Assembly: GCA_045660565.1 (NCBI GenBank)
Contig: JAZRDX010000089.1
Location: 1 to 40,251 of the forward strand
Origin: Eubacteriales bacterium
Lineage (GTDB): Bacteria; Bacillota; Clostridia; Oscillospirales; CAG-272
Length of the DNA: 40,251 nucleotides
Direction of reading: 5' to 3'
The notes beneath the pieces were generated by a model. It was not told the DNA's origin and did no database searches. It saw only the letters and a list, made by a program, of their open reading frames with translations. A program made the translations under genes and the position numbers. Position 1 is the stretch's first letter. Every line of letters begins with the position of its first letter. Shown here one piece after another: positions 18,531-28,557 of the stretch.

Positions 18531-18791
18531 ATGGAAAAACGTAGCAAACCGAAACGGAAAAGAAGCGGCATATCGGTGTGCGAAAGCAGCGCCTTTTTGC
18601 GCTCATCGGGAGAAATAACGGTGTGTGGATGTAAAAAGGTGCTTCACTACGCACCCGATGCTGTAAGACTTTTGCTTTCCGACGGAGTAATGGAGATAAG
18701 CGGCGAGGGGATAACCGCGACTACATATTTCGGCAGAGAAATAAAGCTGTCGGGAAGAATAGATGCGATAAAGCTTCTTGAAAAAGAATGA
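18531..18791 (+). CDS. yqfC: YqfC/YabP-family sporulation protein
   Basis: 86 aa. Size and position directly upstream of yqfD-phoH-ybeY-era-recO match the conserved Firmicute block. GGAGGAGGG RBS. Confidence 0.7.
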   Translation: MEKRSKPKRKRSGISVCESSAFLRSSGEITVCGCKKVLHYAPDAVRLLLSDGVMEISGEGITATTYFGREIKLSGRIDAIKLLEKE

Positions 18792-18852
18792 CGGATGATT
18801 TTTAGCGGCACCGCGGCGATAAAGAATAGCTGCGTAAGGAAGGGGTAGCGGT

Positions 18853-20049
18853 ATGAATTTTTTTGCTTCTTTGATAAAATTCTTTGAAGGAAGGGTTAAA
18901 ATTTATGCTGATGAGGAAAACAAAAACGCACTCATCAGCTTCTTTGTTGAAAGCGGAATAAGCGCCACAGTGTCGGCGGATAATGAAAAAGGGGGGATTT
19001 ATACCGAAATTTCCCCCTCTTTATTAAAAAAAATCGCTCCCGCTCTTGACAAATTAAATATTATGGTATATATTAATAATATATATGGCTTTGGAAGATT
19101 GCGCTCAAGATACGGAAAAAGATACGGACTTTTGCTCGGAGCTCTCGTCTTTGCCGCGCTTTTATGGGTGTCAACGCTTTTCGTCTGGAGGGTTGACGTC
19201 AGCGGAACCGAGCTTTTATCAAAGGCTGAGGTTCGCGCGGAGCTTTCCGAGATGGGTGTTAAGGTCGGAGCAAAAATTTCAGACGTTGACCGCTCGGCGG
19301 TTTTGAACACCTTTCTGAAAGAACACCCCGAGCTTTCATGGGCGGCGCTTAACTTTAAAGGAACCACGGCAATTCTTATTCTTAAGGAAACGGAAGAAAA
19401 GCCAAGCGACGGTGGTAAAACCGAAAGCCGCATTATGGTTGCCGCCGAAAGCGGTGTCGTAAGAAGCGTAACCGTTTCCGAGGGCAAGGCGGCGGTTAAG
19501 GTGGGAACGGTGGTAAATAAGGGCGACGTTCTTATTTCCGGTCTTATTTCGGGAAGCGGAGGTCAGATAACGGATAATCCGCCACTGAGAGTAACAAATG
19601 CGTCGGGCTCGGTTAAAGCCGAGGTCGTAAGGCATGTCGAGGTAAACGTGCCGTTTGCCGAAGTGATTTCCCGAACCGAGGGTAGCGGTAAAAGGATTAA
19701 GGTCATATCGGTTTTCGGACACGATTTCTTCTTTGGCAGTACCGAAGGAGCGGTTTTGCTGGACGAAAGAAGCGTTACTTTTTTCGGGGCTGTTGAAATC
19801 CCGGTTACAGTCAAAACCTTTTCGGAAGAAATAACGGTAACCGATACGGTTTCAAGAGACGGAGACGCGGCAAGGCTTGAGGCTGAAAGACAGCTTTATA
19901 AAAAAATTACGGATGTGCTCGGCGACGGAGAGCTTACCTACGTTAAAACCGAGTACGTGGAAACGGAAAACGGAATCATCGGACGGGCTGAGATAGGCTG
20001 CGTTACGGAGATAGCCGTGCCGTATAGTGGAGTTTTGAAAGCAGAATAA
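18853..20049 (+). CDS. yqfD: Sporulation protein YqfD (stage IV)
   Basis: 398 aa, one central TM segment (LLLGALVFAALLWVSTLFVW). Conserved gene order. Confidence 0.75.
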   Translation: MNFFASLIKFFEGRVKIYADEENKNALISFFVESGISATVSADNEKGGIYTEISPSLLKKIAPALDKLNIMVYINNIYGFGRLRSRYGKRYGLLLGALVFAALLWVSTLFVWRVDVSGTELLSKAEVRAELSEMGVKVGAKISDVDRSAVLNTFLKEHPELSWAALNFKGTTAILILKETEEKPSDGGKTESRIMVAAESGVVRSVTVSEGKAAVKVGTVVNKGDVLISGLISGSGGQITDNPPLRVTNASGSVKAEVVRHVEVNVPFAEVISRTEGSGKRIKVISVFGHDFFFGSTEGAVLLDERSVTFFGAVEIPVTVKTFSEEITVTDTVSRDGDAARLEAERQLYKKITDVLGDGELTYVKTEYVETENGIIGRAEIGCVTEIAVPYSGVLKAE

Positions 20050-20096
20050 TTAGTTTAAGTTGCTTGTCTGCCCTATGGCAGCGGAACGGAGAAAAA

Positions 20097-21098
20097 ATGG
20101 CGGAAAGAAAAATTCAGCTGGAAAGCACGGAAAATATAAACGCGCTTTTCGGACCTCTTGATGAAAACGTAAAAATGCTCGAAAAGAAGTTTTCGGCGGA
20201 ATGTGTCAATCGCGAAAACGAATACGGGAACAGCATAATCATAACTGCCGATACCGAGGAAAACGCCGACGGAGCGGCAAAGGCACTTAAGATTTTAATG
20301 AAAACGGCAAGACTTCAAGGCTCCCTTTCGCTTCAGACGGTTGAATACGTTGCCGACACCGTTATTGAGGGAAAGGACGAGGAGCTTCTCGGGTACGACG
20401 AGGACTGTGTGTGCGTAACGGTGAAGGGAAAGCCGGTTAAACCGAAAACCCACGGTCAGCAGAAGTACGTCCGTCTCATAAAGAAAAACACGATAGTTTT
20501 CGGAATAGGCCCCGCCGGAACGGGAAAAACGTTCCTTGCGGTCGCAATGGCGGTTACAGCGCTCCGTTCAAAAGAGGTGTCGAGGATAATTCTTACCCGT
20601 CCCGCGGTTGAAGCTGGTGAAAAGCTCGGGTATCTTCCGGGTGATCTTCAGAATAAAATAGATCCGTATCTCCGTCCGCTTTACGACGCGCTTTTCGAAA
20701 TGCTCGGCCCCGAGGTGTATGCAAGACACCTTGAACGCGGAACGATAGAGATAGCGCCCCTTGCCTACATGAGAGGAAGAACGCTTGACGATGCGTTTAT
20801 AATCGTTGACGAGGCGCAGAACACGACGCGTGAGCAGATGAAGATGCTGCTTACACGTCTCGGCACACATTCAAAGATAGTCGTAACGGGGGATATAACG
20901 CAGATAGACCTTCCGCGCGGATCGGGCAGTGGTCTTATCGAGGCGTCCGAAATACTTGCGGACATAGACGATATTGCTATTCATAGGTTTACCGAAAAAG
21001 ACGTGGTAAGACATAGACTGGTAAGGGAAATTATAGCAGCCTACGAAAAAAAGGAAGAAAAAAAGAAGAAGGGAGCGGACGAAAAGGGAAATGAATAA
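20097..21098 (+). CDS. phoH: PhoH-family ATPase
   Basis: ORF 20064..21098. I prefer the ATG at 20097 (GGAG 7-8 nt upstream). GPAGTGKT Walker A, VDEAQN Walker B, GDITQIDLP. Ends in a Lys/Glu-rich tail. Confidence 0.9.
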   Translation: MAERKIQLESTENINALFGPLDENVKMLEKKFSAECVNRENEYGNSIIITADTEENADGAAKALKILMKTARLQGSLSLQTVEYVADTVIEGKDEELLGYDEDCVCVTVKGKPVKPKTHGQQKYVRLIKKNTIVFGIGPAGTGKTFLAVAMAVTALRSKEVSRIILTRPAVEAGEKLGYLPGDLQNKIDPYLRPLYDALFEMLGPEVYARHLERGTIEIAPLAYMRGRTLDDAFIIVDEAQNTTREQMKMLLTRLGTHSKIVVTGDITQIDLPRGSGSGLIEASEILADIDDIAIHRFTEKDVVRHRLVREIIAAYEKKEEKKKKGADEKGNE

Positions 21099-21570
21099 AA
21101 TTTATATCACCGACAGTCAGGATAAAGTAGAGGTAACGAGAGCGCTTGCGGGGTTGGTACGCCGCGCGGTAGGACAGGCTCTCAAATACGAAAAAGTGCC
21201 GTTTTCGGCAGAGCTTTCGGTTACCTTCGTTGATAACGCGGACATCAAAAGACTGAACGCGGAGTACAGAAACATCGACAGAGAGACGGATGTGCTTTCC
21301 TTCCCGCTTTACGAATCGGGAGAGATTGCTATGAGCGACGGAAAAAGAGCGGCGCTCGGAGATATAGTTATATCGCTTGAAAAGGCGGTAGCGCAGGCAA
21401 AGGAGTACGGTCATTCTCTTGAAAGAGAGGTAGCGTTCCTTACCGTTCATTCGGTCCTTCATCTTCTTGGATACGACCACGAAGCGGGAGAAGAGGACGA
21501 AAAGGAAATGTTTGCTATGCAAGAAGAAATACTTAAGAAAATGAAGCTTGGCAGAGCGGAAAACGCATAA
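21091..21570 (+). CDS. ybeY: rRNA maturation endoribonuclease YbeY
   Basis: 159 aa. HSVLHLLGYDH zinc motif. Overlaps the phoH stop by 8 nt. Confidence 0.9.
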   Translation: MNKIYITDSQDKVEVTRALAGLVRRAVGQALKYEKVPFSAELSVTFVDNADIKRLNAEYRNIDRETDVLSFPLYESGEIAMSDGKRAALGDIVISLEKAVAQAKEYGHSLEREVAFLTVHSVLHLLGYDHEAGEEDEKEMFAMQEEILKKMKLGRAENA

Positions 21571-21615
21571 GTCTTTGTCAGGATAAGCAGGAATAAAAAA
21601 GAAGTAGGATAGAAA

Positions 21616-22509
21616 ATGAAAAAAACAGGTTTTATAGCAATAGTGGGCAGACCGAACGTCGGTAAATCCACGCTTCTTAACGCTCTCGTCGGAGAAAAGC
21701 TGGCTATCGTTTCAAAAAAGCCGCAGACCACGAGAAATAAGATAACGGGTATACTTACAAAGGACGAGACGCAGTACGTATTTATGGATACCCCCGGTAT
21801 GCATACGCCGAAAACAAAGCTCGGCGACAGAATGGTATGGGAGACAAACAGTGTCTTTTCCGGTGTTGACGCCGTTATACTTATAGTAGAGCCGATAGCA
21901 AACGTCGGAGATATTGAGCGCGGTCTTATCGAAAAGATAAAGGGCAACGGGCTTCCGTCGATCCTTGTTATTAATAAGATTGACAGAACAAACCCCGAGG
22001 CGATAGGTAATACAATAAAGGCTTACGCCGATATGCATGACTTTGATGCGGTAATACCGATTTCAGCAATTAAAAATAAGGGTGTCGACGTCCTTCTTTC
22101 CGAGGTGGACAAGTTTACAACCGAGGGGCAGTGGTTCTTCCCCGAGGACGCGATAACCGATCAACCGGAACGCGTTATAGTTGCCGAAACGGTAAGAGAA
22201 AAGCTGCTCCGTACCTTAGAGGACGAGATTCCTCACGGAACCGCCGTAGTTATCGAGGAATTTAAGGAGGAGGGACGGCTCCTCAGAATACGTGCCGAGA
22301 TATTCTGCGAAAAGGCATCGCATAAGAGTATAATAATCGGTAAAAACGGAGCAACCTTAAAGCTTATAGGAAGCCGCGCAAGAGAGGATATTGAGAAATT
22401 CTTCGGAATAAAGGTATTTCTCGATCTCTGGGTTAAGGTTAAGGAAAATTGGCGCAACAGCGACGTTCTTTTGAATAACTTCGGCTTTAACAGTATGGAC
22501 GAGGAATAA
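21616..22509 (+). CDS. era: GTPase Era
   Basis: 297 aa. GRPNVGKST, DTPG, NKID, and a C-terminal KH domain (IIIGKNG). Confidence 0.95.
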   Translation: MKKTGFIAIVGRPNVGKSTLLNALVGEKLAIVSKKPQTTRNKITGILTKDETQYVFMDTPGMHTPKTKLGDRMVWETNSVFSGVDAVILIVEPIANVGDIERGLIEKIKGNGLPSILVINKIDRTNPEAIGNTIKAYADMHDFDAVIPISAIKNKGVDVLLSEVDKFTTEGQWFFPEDAITDQPERVIVAETVREKLLRTLEDEIPHGTAVVIEEFKEEGRLLRIRAEIFCEKASHKSIIIGKNGATLKLIGSRAREDIEKFFGIKVFLDLWVKVKENWRNSDVLLNNFGFNSMDEE

Positions 22510-22599
22510 GACGGACCGTCGGGGACGCCGGTCCCTACAAGATAACATCAGAGCGGCAACCTGCTGCCGCAAAAATATTAAAAATTGTGAATAAATACC

Positions 22600-23385
22600 A
22601 TGCTATCAAATTTTAAAGGACTTGTTCTGTCGGACGTTTCGTGGGGCGAAAACGACAAGATGCTCTCGGTGCTTACGGCGGAATACGGAAAAATATCGGT
22701 GCTTCTAAAGGGCGGTAACAGCCTGAAAAACAAGGCGGCGAGTGCTTCAATGCCGCTTTGCTACAGCGAATTTATCACCGCCGACAGAGGCGGGCGGCCT
22801 TGGATACGCGAGGCAAGAGAGCTTGAGGGCTTTACAAATATCAGAGGAAGCCTTGAGGACACGGCGACGGCGCTTTACATCTGCGAGGTGGCGTGTGAGG
22901 TCTGCGTTGAAAACGGAGACGAAAGCGAGATGCTTCAGCTTGTGCTGAACACCCTTTACGCGCTTGACAGAGCGCTAAAGCCGAGAGAACTTATAAAAGC
23001 GGCTTTTGAGCTGCGCGCGGCGGTGGTTTGCGGATTTACTCCCGACCTTGTAAGCTGCTCGGAATGCGGAAAGGACGAGGGCGAGGTTATGTACCTCGAC
23101 GTTATGGACGGCGTAATGCACTGTGCTGAATGTCATAAAAAGCACAATGCGGCAACCGAAGTCAGAGAGGGACATCGAATGCTTCTGATGCTGCTCGACA
23201 GAGAGCTGCTTGACGCTATGAGATACGTCTCATATTCCAATGCAAAAAAATATCTCTCCTTTGAGCTTAGCCCGGAGAGATACGGCGTTTTTTCTGATTA
23301 CTGCGAAAAATATCTTGTAAATCATATTGATAAAGAATTTCGGACGCTTGCGTTTTTAAAATCGCTTAGGCACCTGCCGAAATGA
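22600..23385 (+). CDS. recO: DNA repair protein RecO
   Basis: 261 aa. N-terminal OB region and a CxxC...CxxC zinc finger (CSECG ... CAEC). Conserved position after era. Confidence 0.85.
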   Translation: MLSNFKGLVLSDVSWGENDKMLSVLTAEYGKISVLLKGGNSLKNKAASASMPLCYSEFITADRGGRPWIREARELEGFTNIRGSLEDTATALYICEVACEVCVENGDESEMLQLVLNTLYALDRALKPRELIKAAFELRAAVVCGFTPDLVSCSECGKDEGEVMYLDVMDGVMHCAECHKKHNAATEVREGHRMLLMLLDRELLDAMRYVSYSNAKKYLSFELSPERYGVFSDYCEKYLVNHIDKEFRTLAFLKSLRHLPK

Positions 23386-23508
23386 CGAATGATAGAGCGG
23401 CAGGGGGAGACGGTAGCTTCGGCGCTCCGACTTACTCCCAATAAAGCGATTTGCTAAATGCCGAAAAATTATAGAAGATAATAAAACATAGAAAGGTTTG
23501 AAAATACA

Positions 23509-25002
23509 ATGAATTACATCAGCACAAGAGGATACGGAATTAAAGAAGGAGAGCCTACAACCGCGGCAGGCGCGATAAAACAGGGACTTGCACCCGACGG
23601 CGGTCTTTTTATGCCGGAGACTATTCCGAGCCTTGAAGCGGGAGAGCTTGAAGCACTTGCGAAAATGAGCTACCCCGAAAGAGCGGCTACCGTTCTCTCA
23701 AAGTTTTTAACCGACTATACCTACGACGAGCTTCTTTCCGACTGTTCCGAGGCGTACAGCGAAGCGCGTTTCCCCGGCGGAGCGGCACCTGTCTCCGCGC
23801 TCGGAAGCAAAATGAGAATTTTGGAGCTTTGGCACGGTCCTACGGCGGCGTTCAAGGATATGGCGCTCCAGATAATGCCGAGACTTTTTGTAAGAGCGTT
23901 AAAGAAAACAGGAGAAAAGAGAACGGCTCTTATTCTCGTTGCTACTTCGGGAGATACCGGTAAGGCGGCTCTTGAAGGTTATAAGGACGTAGACGGAGTT
24001 AAGATAGCGGTATTTTATCCCGTTGACGGAGTAAGCCGCGTACAGAAGCTCCAGATGGCTACGCAGGAGGGTAAAAACGTTGACGTTTTCGCTGTCAAGG
24101 GTAACTTTGACGACGCGCAGAACGGCGTTAAGAAGATTTTCTCCGACCTTGAAATGAAAAAAGCGCTTGACGAAAAGGGTTACTTCTTCTCGTCCGCAAA
24201 CTCTATAAACTGGGGCAGACTCGTTCCGCAGATAGTTTACTATATCTCCGCATATTGCGACCTCGTTGCGGGCGGCGATATTAAGCTCGGTGAAAAGATT
24301 GACGTTTGTGTTCCTACGGGTAACTTCGGTAACATTTTTGCCGCGTATATCGCAAAGAGAATGGGGCTTCCCGTCGGTAAATTCGTCTGCGCGTCAAACA
24401 AGAATAACATTCTTACCGATTTTCTGAGTACCGGTGTTTACGACAGAAACCGCGCGTTCCATACCACTATGTCTCCTTCAATGGATATACTTATTTCCTC
24501 TAACCTTGAGCGTCTCCTGTATCTCGTAGCGGGTAGCGAGGCGACCGCGGGCTATATGAAGGAGCTGAGCCTTACCGGTAAATATAAGGTAAGCGACGAG
24601 ATTTTAGCAAAGATTAAGAGTGAGTTTGCGGGCTACTACTGCGACGAAGACGGAACGGCAAAGACGATTAAGGAGCTTTACGAGGGCTACAACTATCTTT
24701 CCGATACCCACTCCGCGGTAGGTATAAACTGCGCATCTCAGTACCTTGCAGCGACGGGCGAAAACGCGTCTGAGCGTATAGTTATCGCGTCAACGGCAAG
24801 TCCGTATAAATTTGCGTCCTCCGTTTATGAGGCTCTTGAAAACAAGGCAGCACCCGAAGGAACGGCGGCGCTTGACGCTCTCACCGCTCTTACCGAGGTG
24901 CCGATTACCGCTCCTCTTGCGGGACTTGATAAAAAGACGGTACGCTTTACGAGAGTTATCGAAAGCGAAGAAATGCCGAAGGTGGCTATCGAGATACTTT
25001 AA
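23509..25002 (+). CDS. thrC: Threonine synthase (long form)
   Basis: 497 aa. YISTRG start, HGPTAAFKD (PLP lysine), TSGDTG, ANSINWGR. Confidence 0.9.
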   Translation: MNYISTRGYGIKEGEPTTAAGAIKQGLAPDGGLFMPETIPSLEAGELEALAKMSYPERAATVLSKFLTDYTYDELLSDCSEAYSEARFPGGAAPVSALGSKMRILELWHGPTAAFKDMALQIMPRLFVRALKKTGEKRTALILVATSGDTGKAALEGYKDVDGVKIAVFYPVDGVSRVQKLQMATQEGKNVDVFAVKGNFDDAQNGVKKIFSDLEMKKALDEKGYFFSSANSINWGRLVPQIVYYISAYCDLVAGGDIKLGEKIDVCVPTGNFGNIFAAYIAKRMGLPVGKFVCASNKNNILTDFLSTGVYDRNRAFHTTMSPSMDILISSNLERLLYLVAGSEATAGYMKELSLTGKYKVSDEILAKIKSEFAGYYCDEDGTAKTIKELYEGYNYLSDTHSAVGINCASQYLAATGENASERIVIASTASPYKFASSVYEALENKAAPEGTAALDALTALTEVPITAPLAGLDKKTVRFTRVIESEEMPKVAIEIL

Positions 25003-25072
25003 GCGAAAACGGCTTCTGACATACGAGAGGATTACGCGTAAACGGAAGCTTTTTGAGGACGTATAGCTGCGT

Positions 25073-25255
25073 TCAGTTGAATTTCACACGCGGCTTGAAG
25101 GTGGCGCAGACGGTATCACTGCAACAGCTTGCTTCTATCGGACCTATCGAAATCTGCTTTGCCGTGCAGTGTCCTATCCCGTCGTGATATTCACAGTAAA
25201 CGACGTCGCATACAACGTTTTTTATCGGTTTTTGCTGTTTTTTTCCGTTATCCAT
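25073..25255 (-). CDS. DUF1540-like small Cys-rich protein
   Basis: 60 aa. C-x-V-x-x-C-x-Y ... HC-x-A ... I motif, 7 Cys in total. AAGGAGAG RBS. Confidence 0.6.
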   Translation of the reverse strand: MDNGKKQQKPIKNVVCDVVYCEYHDGIGHCTAKQISIGPIEASCCSDTVCATFKPRVKFN

Positions 25256-25407
25256 TTTAAACTCTCCTTGGTAATATTTAAGATTTTCAGATTTTAAGAT
25301 TATTATTTCCGCGTGCTAAAGGATTTATCCCGAAGCAGTGAGATTTTTTGAAAAGACAGCGGCTTTGTTACCGCTTGGTTTTATCAAACTATAAAGAAAG
25401 GAAGCTT

Positions 25408-26112
25408 ATGTCTATTTTTGTACTGTCGGATACGCATCTGTCTGAAAGCGTATCAAAGCCTATGGATATTTTTGGCTTCCGCTGGAAAAACTGGACGGAA
25501 AAGCTTACCGAAAACTGGAAAAACACAGTTACCGAAAACGATACCGTTATAATTCCGGGCGACATATCGTGGGGAATGAGTATGGAGGAGGCAAGAGAGG
25601 ATCTTCTGCTTCTCGATAAGCTTCCGGGTAAGAAAATAATCGGTAAGGGAAACCACGACTATTGGTGGGGAACCGTTTCAAAAATAGAGGATTTCTTTGA
25701 AAAAAACGGAATAAGCAGTATAAAGGTGCTGTTTAATAATGCCTTTTTAGTGGAGGATACCGTTGTCGCGGGATGTCGCGGTTGGTACAGCGACGAGAAG
25801 AACGCACCCGATAACGCGGACTATGAAAAGATAGTTAAGAGGGAGGTCGGAAGGCTGAAAATGAGTCTTTCGGCAGCGGAAAAGCTTTCGGAAAGCGCGA
25901 GAAAGCTTGTGTTTTTCCATTTTCCGCCCGTGCTTGGCGATTTCCTATGCAGTGAAATAATAGACGTGCTAAAAGAGTATAATGCCACCGAATGCTTTTT
26001 CGGTCATATACACGGAAGGTACGATATACCGCTTACTACTGAATTTGAGGGAATAAGCTTTACAATAGTTTCAGCAGACTATCTTGATTTTAAACCGCTT
26101 AAAATTAACTGA
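25408..26112 (+). CDS. Metallophosphoesterase (calcineurin-like)
   Basis: ORF 25348..26112. I prefer the ATG at 25408 (AAAGGAAG RBS). SDTHL, PGDISW, GNHDYWW, GHIHG motifs. Confidence 0.8.
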   Translation: MSIFVLSDTHLSESVSKPMDIFGFRWKNWTEKLTENWKNTVTENDTVIIPGDISWGMSMEEAREDLLLLDKLPGKKIIGKGNHDYWWGTVSKIEDFFEKNGISSIKVLFNNAFLVEDTVVAGCRGWYSDEKNAPDNADYEKIVKREVGRLKMSLSAAEKLSESARKLVFFHFPPVLGDFLCSEIIDVLKEYNATECFFGHIHGRYDIPLTTEFEGISFTIVSADYLDFKPLKIN

Positions 26113-26191
26113 AATTAAACAGTTTTTATTTATTAGATAGGTAAAACTTTAAAAAAATTATTGACGAAGTATTAATTTTAGCGTTAAGTAG

Positions 26192-26220
26192 TTGACTTTT
26201 CCGCTTGATGCGTGTAAAAT
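26192..26220 (+). promoter_or_regulatory. SigA-type promoter for tig
   Basis: TTGACT (26192-26197), 17 nt, TAAAAT (26215-26220). Confidence 0.55.
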
Positions 26221-26311
26221 ATATAAGAATATAATAAACATATTATAAAGGAATTGCAAAACGAAAGGAGCGTCGCCGTTTAAATAAAACAGTCGGCGGC
26301 GAGGTAAAAAA

Positions 26312-27724
26312 ATGAGTCTTATCAAAACAGAAAAGCTTGAAAAAAACCGCGTTGAGCTTCAGATCGGTATCGACAGAGCAGCTCTTGACGCAGAAATTAA
26401 AAAGGTTTACAAAAAGGAAATCGGAAAAATGAATATACCCGGCTTCCGTAAGGGAAAGGCTCCTCTTGCAATGGTAGAGAAGCTTTACGGTAAGGGAATA
26501 TTCCTCGACGAGGCACTTAACAACCTTCTTCCCGATGCTTACGAGGCAGCGATAAAGGAAGCAGGTCTTTCCGTTGTTTCCCGTCCCGAGTTCGACATCG
26601 TTTCCATGGAAGACGGTGCGGACGTAGTACTTAAGGCACTTGTTGACGTAAAGCCCGAGGTTACTCTTAAAGAGTATAAAGGACTTAAGGCAGAGAAGGA
26701 TGCTATCGAGGTTACCGACGATATGGTTGACGCCGACATAAAGGCGGCTCAGCAGAGAGGCGCAAGAGAGGTTGAGGTTACCGACCGCGCTTCCGAGATG
26801 GGCGATACCGCAGATATAGATTTCGAAGGCTTTGTAGACGGAGTTCCGTTTGAGGGCGGAAAGGGCGAGCATCATAAGCTTAAGCTCGGCTCCGGTCAGT
26901 TTATCCCCGGCTTCGAGGAGCAGGTTGCAGGCAAGAACGTCGGCGATGAGTTCGACGTAAACGTAACCTTCCCCGAGGAGTACGGCGCATCCGAGCTTGC
27001 GGGCAAGGCGGCTGTATTTAAGTGCAAGCTTCACGGCATCACCAAGGAAGAGCTTCCCGAGCTTGACGACGAGTTCGCTAAGGATATGTCCTTTGATAGT
27101 CTTGATGCTTACAAGGCAGACGTACGCGCAAAGATAACCGAGAGAATGGAAAAGACCGCAGAGCAGGTAATCGAGAACAGAATTCTTGACGCGCTCCTTG
27201 AAAATATGGAAGCTGAGATTCCGGAATCCATGTACGTAAACGAGATTGAAAACCAGCTTCGCGAGTACGATATGCAGCTCCGTCAGAACGGACTTGATCT
27301 TAACACCTATTTCAAGTACACCGGTCAGAATCTTGATCAGCTCCGCGAGAACTTCCGTCCCCGCGCAGAGCGTTCCGTAAAGGTTCGCCTTGCTCTTGAG
27401 GCTGTTGTTAAGGCTGAGGGTATAAGCGCAACCGAAGAGGAGATAAACGCAGAGTACGACCGTATGGCAGCTATGTACTCCATGGAGGTTGAGAAGGTTA
27501 AGGAGGCAGTTGCAAGCGAGGATCTTGCGGCAGACCTTAACGTTCAGAACGCACTTAAGCTTGTAAAGGACAACGCAGTTGTAACCGAGAAGAAGGCAGA
27601 AAAGCCGAAGGCTACCAAGACCACCAAGGCAAAGGCAGAAAAAGCTGACGAGGAAAAGCCCGCTAAGCCGAAGACCACCAGAACCAAGAAGGCAGCAGCG
27701 GAAAAAACCGACAAGGCTGAATAA
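26312..27724 (+). CDS. tig: Trigger factor with a Lys/Ala/Glu-rich C-terminal tail
   Basis: 470 aa. N-terminal GFRKGKAP ribosome-binding signature, central FKBP-like domain (GSGQFIPGFEEQ), C-terminal arm domain, then a low-complexity tail of about 45 aa. Confidence 0.95.
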   Translation: MSLIKTEKLEKNRVELQIGIDRAALDAEIKKVYKKEIGKMNIPGFRKGKAPLAMVEKLYGKGIFLDEALNNLLPDAYEAAIKEAGLSVVSRPEFDIVSMEDGADVVLKALVDVKPEVTLKEYKGLKAEKDAIEVTDDMVDADIKAAQQRGAREVEVTDRASEMGDTADIDFEGFVDGVPFEGGKGEHHKLKLGSGQFIPGFEEQVAGKNVGDEFDVNVTFPEEYGASELAGKAAVFKCKLHGITKEELPELDDEFAKDMSFDSLDAYKADVRAKITERMEKTAEQVIENRILDALLENMEAEIPESMYVNEIENQLREYDMQLRQNGLDLNTYFKYTGQNLDQLRENFRPRAERSVKVRLALEAVVKAEGISATEEEINAEYDRMAAMYSMEVEKVKEAVASEDLAADLNVQNALKLVKDNAVVTEKKAEKPKATKTTKAKAEKADEEKPAKPKTTRTKKAAAEKTDKAE

Positions 27725-27752
27725 AAAATAAAATTTAAAGTTATAATTAGGG

Positions 27753-27778
27753 ACGGCGGTGAAGTTTTTTACCGCCGT
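27753..27778 (+). terminator. Hairpin after tig (weak terminator or processing site)
   Basis: 8-bp stem ACGGCGGT / ACCGCCGT. The T-run lies in the loop rather than after the stem. Confidence 0.3.
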
Positions 27779-27885
27779 TCAGTATCCTATAAACCTAAAA
27801 GCATACGCATAGTGAGCCGCTTTTCAGCGGTAAGCTAGGTCAAAGCCGAAAAACATAAAAAACAAGAAAGGAACGGTAAAAACAG

Positions 27886-28470
27886 ATGGCACTTGTACCA
27901 ACCGTAATACAGCAGACAAACCACGGCGAGCGCGCGTACGATATATATTCGCGTCTTCTCACCGACAGAATTATTTTCCTCTCCGACGAGGTAAACGACG
28001 TAACAGCATCTCTCGTAGTTGCACAGCTTTTATTCCTTGAATCGCAGGATGCCGACAAGGATATTTCCTTCTATATCAATAGCCCCGGCGGCTCTGTTTC
28101 CGCAGGTCTTGCCATTTACGATACCATGAACTTCATTAAGTGCGACGTATCGACTATTTGCGTCGGAATGGCGGCAAGCATGGGCGCGTTCCTGCTTTCT
28201 GCGGGAGCTAAGGGCAAGCGTTTTGCGCTCCCCAATAGCGAGATAATGATTCACCAGCCTCTCGGAGGATTCCAGGGCCAGGCGTCGGATATAAAAATAC
28301 ATTCCGACCACATTCTCCGCACAAAAGATAAGCTTAACAAAATTCTTGCGGCAAACACCGGAAAGCCTCTTTCCGTAATCGAGCAGGATACCGACAGAGA
28401 CAACTTCCTTACAGCAGAGGCTGCTATGGAGTACGGTCTTATAGATAAGGTTCTTGATAAGAGGATTTAA
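27886..28470 (+). CDS. clpP: ATP-dependent Clp protease proteolytic subunit
   Basis: 194 aa. Typical ClpP ([22 protein letters not shown] with the catalytic Ser, IMIHQP). Confidence 0.95.
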   Translation: MALVPTVIQQTNHGERAYDIYSRLLTDRIIFLSDEVNDVTASLVVAQLLFLESQDADKDISFYINSPGGSVSAGLAIYDTMNFIKCDVSTICVGMAASMGAFLLSAGAKGKRFALPNSEIMIHQPLGGFQGQASDIKIHSDHILRTKDKLNKILAANTGKPLSVIEQDTDRDNFLTAEAAMEYGLIDKVLDKRI

Positions 28471-28557
28471 GCTGAGCGGACTTTAAAACCAATAAAGAAA
28501 AATATCTTTATCATTTAACCTTTAACGACCTTACTTAGAAAGGAAACACCGAAACCG

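Noticed and set aside
21031-21947. Minus-strand ORFs of 162-163 aa overlapping phoH, ybeY and era. Also the AT-rich ORFs at 5640..5855, 5800..6018 and 14947..15144.
   Set aside because: They are shadow ORFs of well-supported genes, or runs through AT-rich promoter regions. They have no RBS, and their composition is implausible for a protein.
27838-27854. A possible CtsR operator upstream of clpP (GGTCAAA GCC GAAAAAC).
   Set aside because: Only the first heptad matches GGTCAAA. The second repeat is too degenerate to call an operator.
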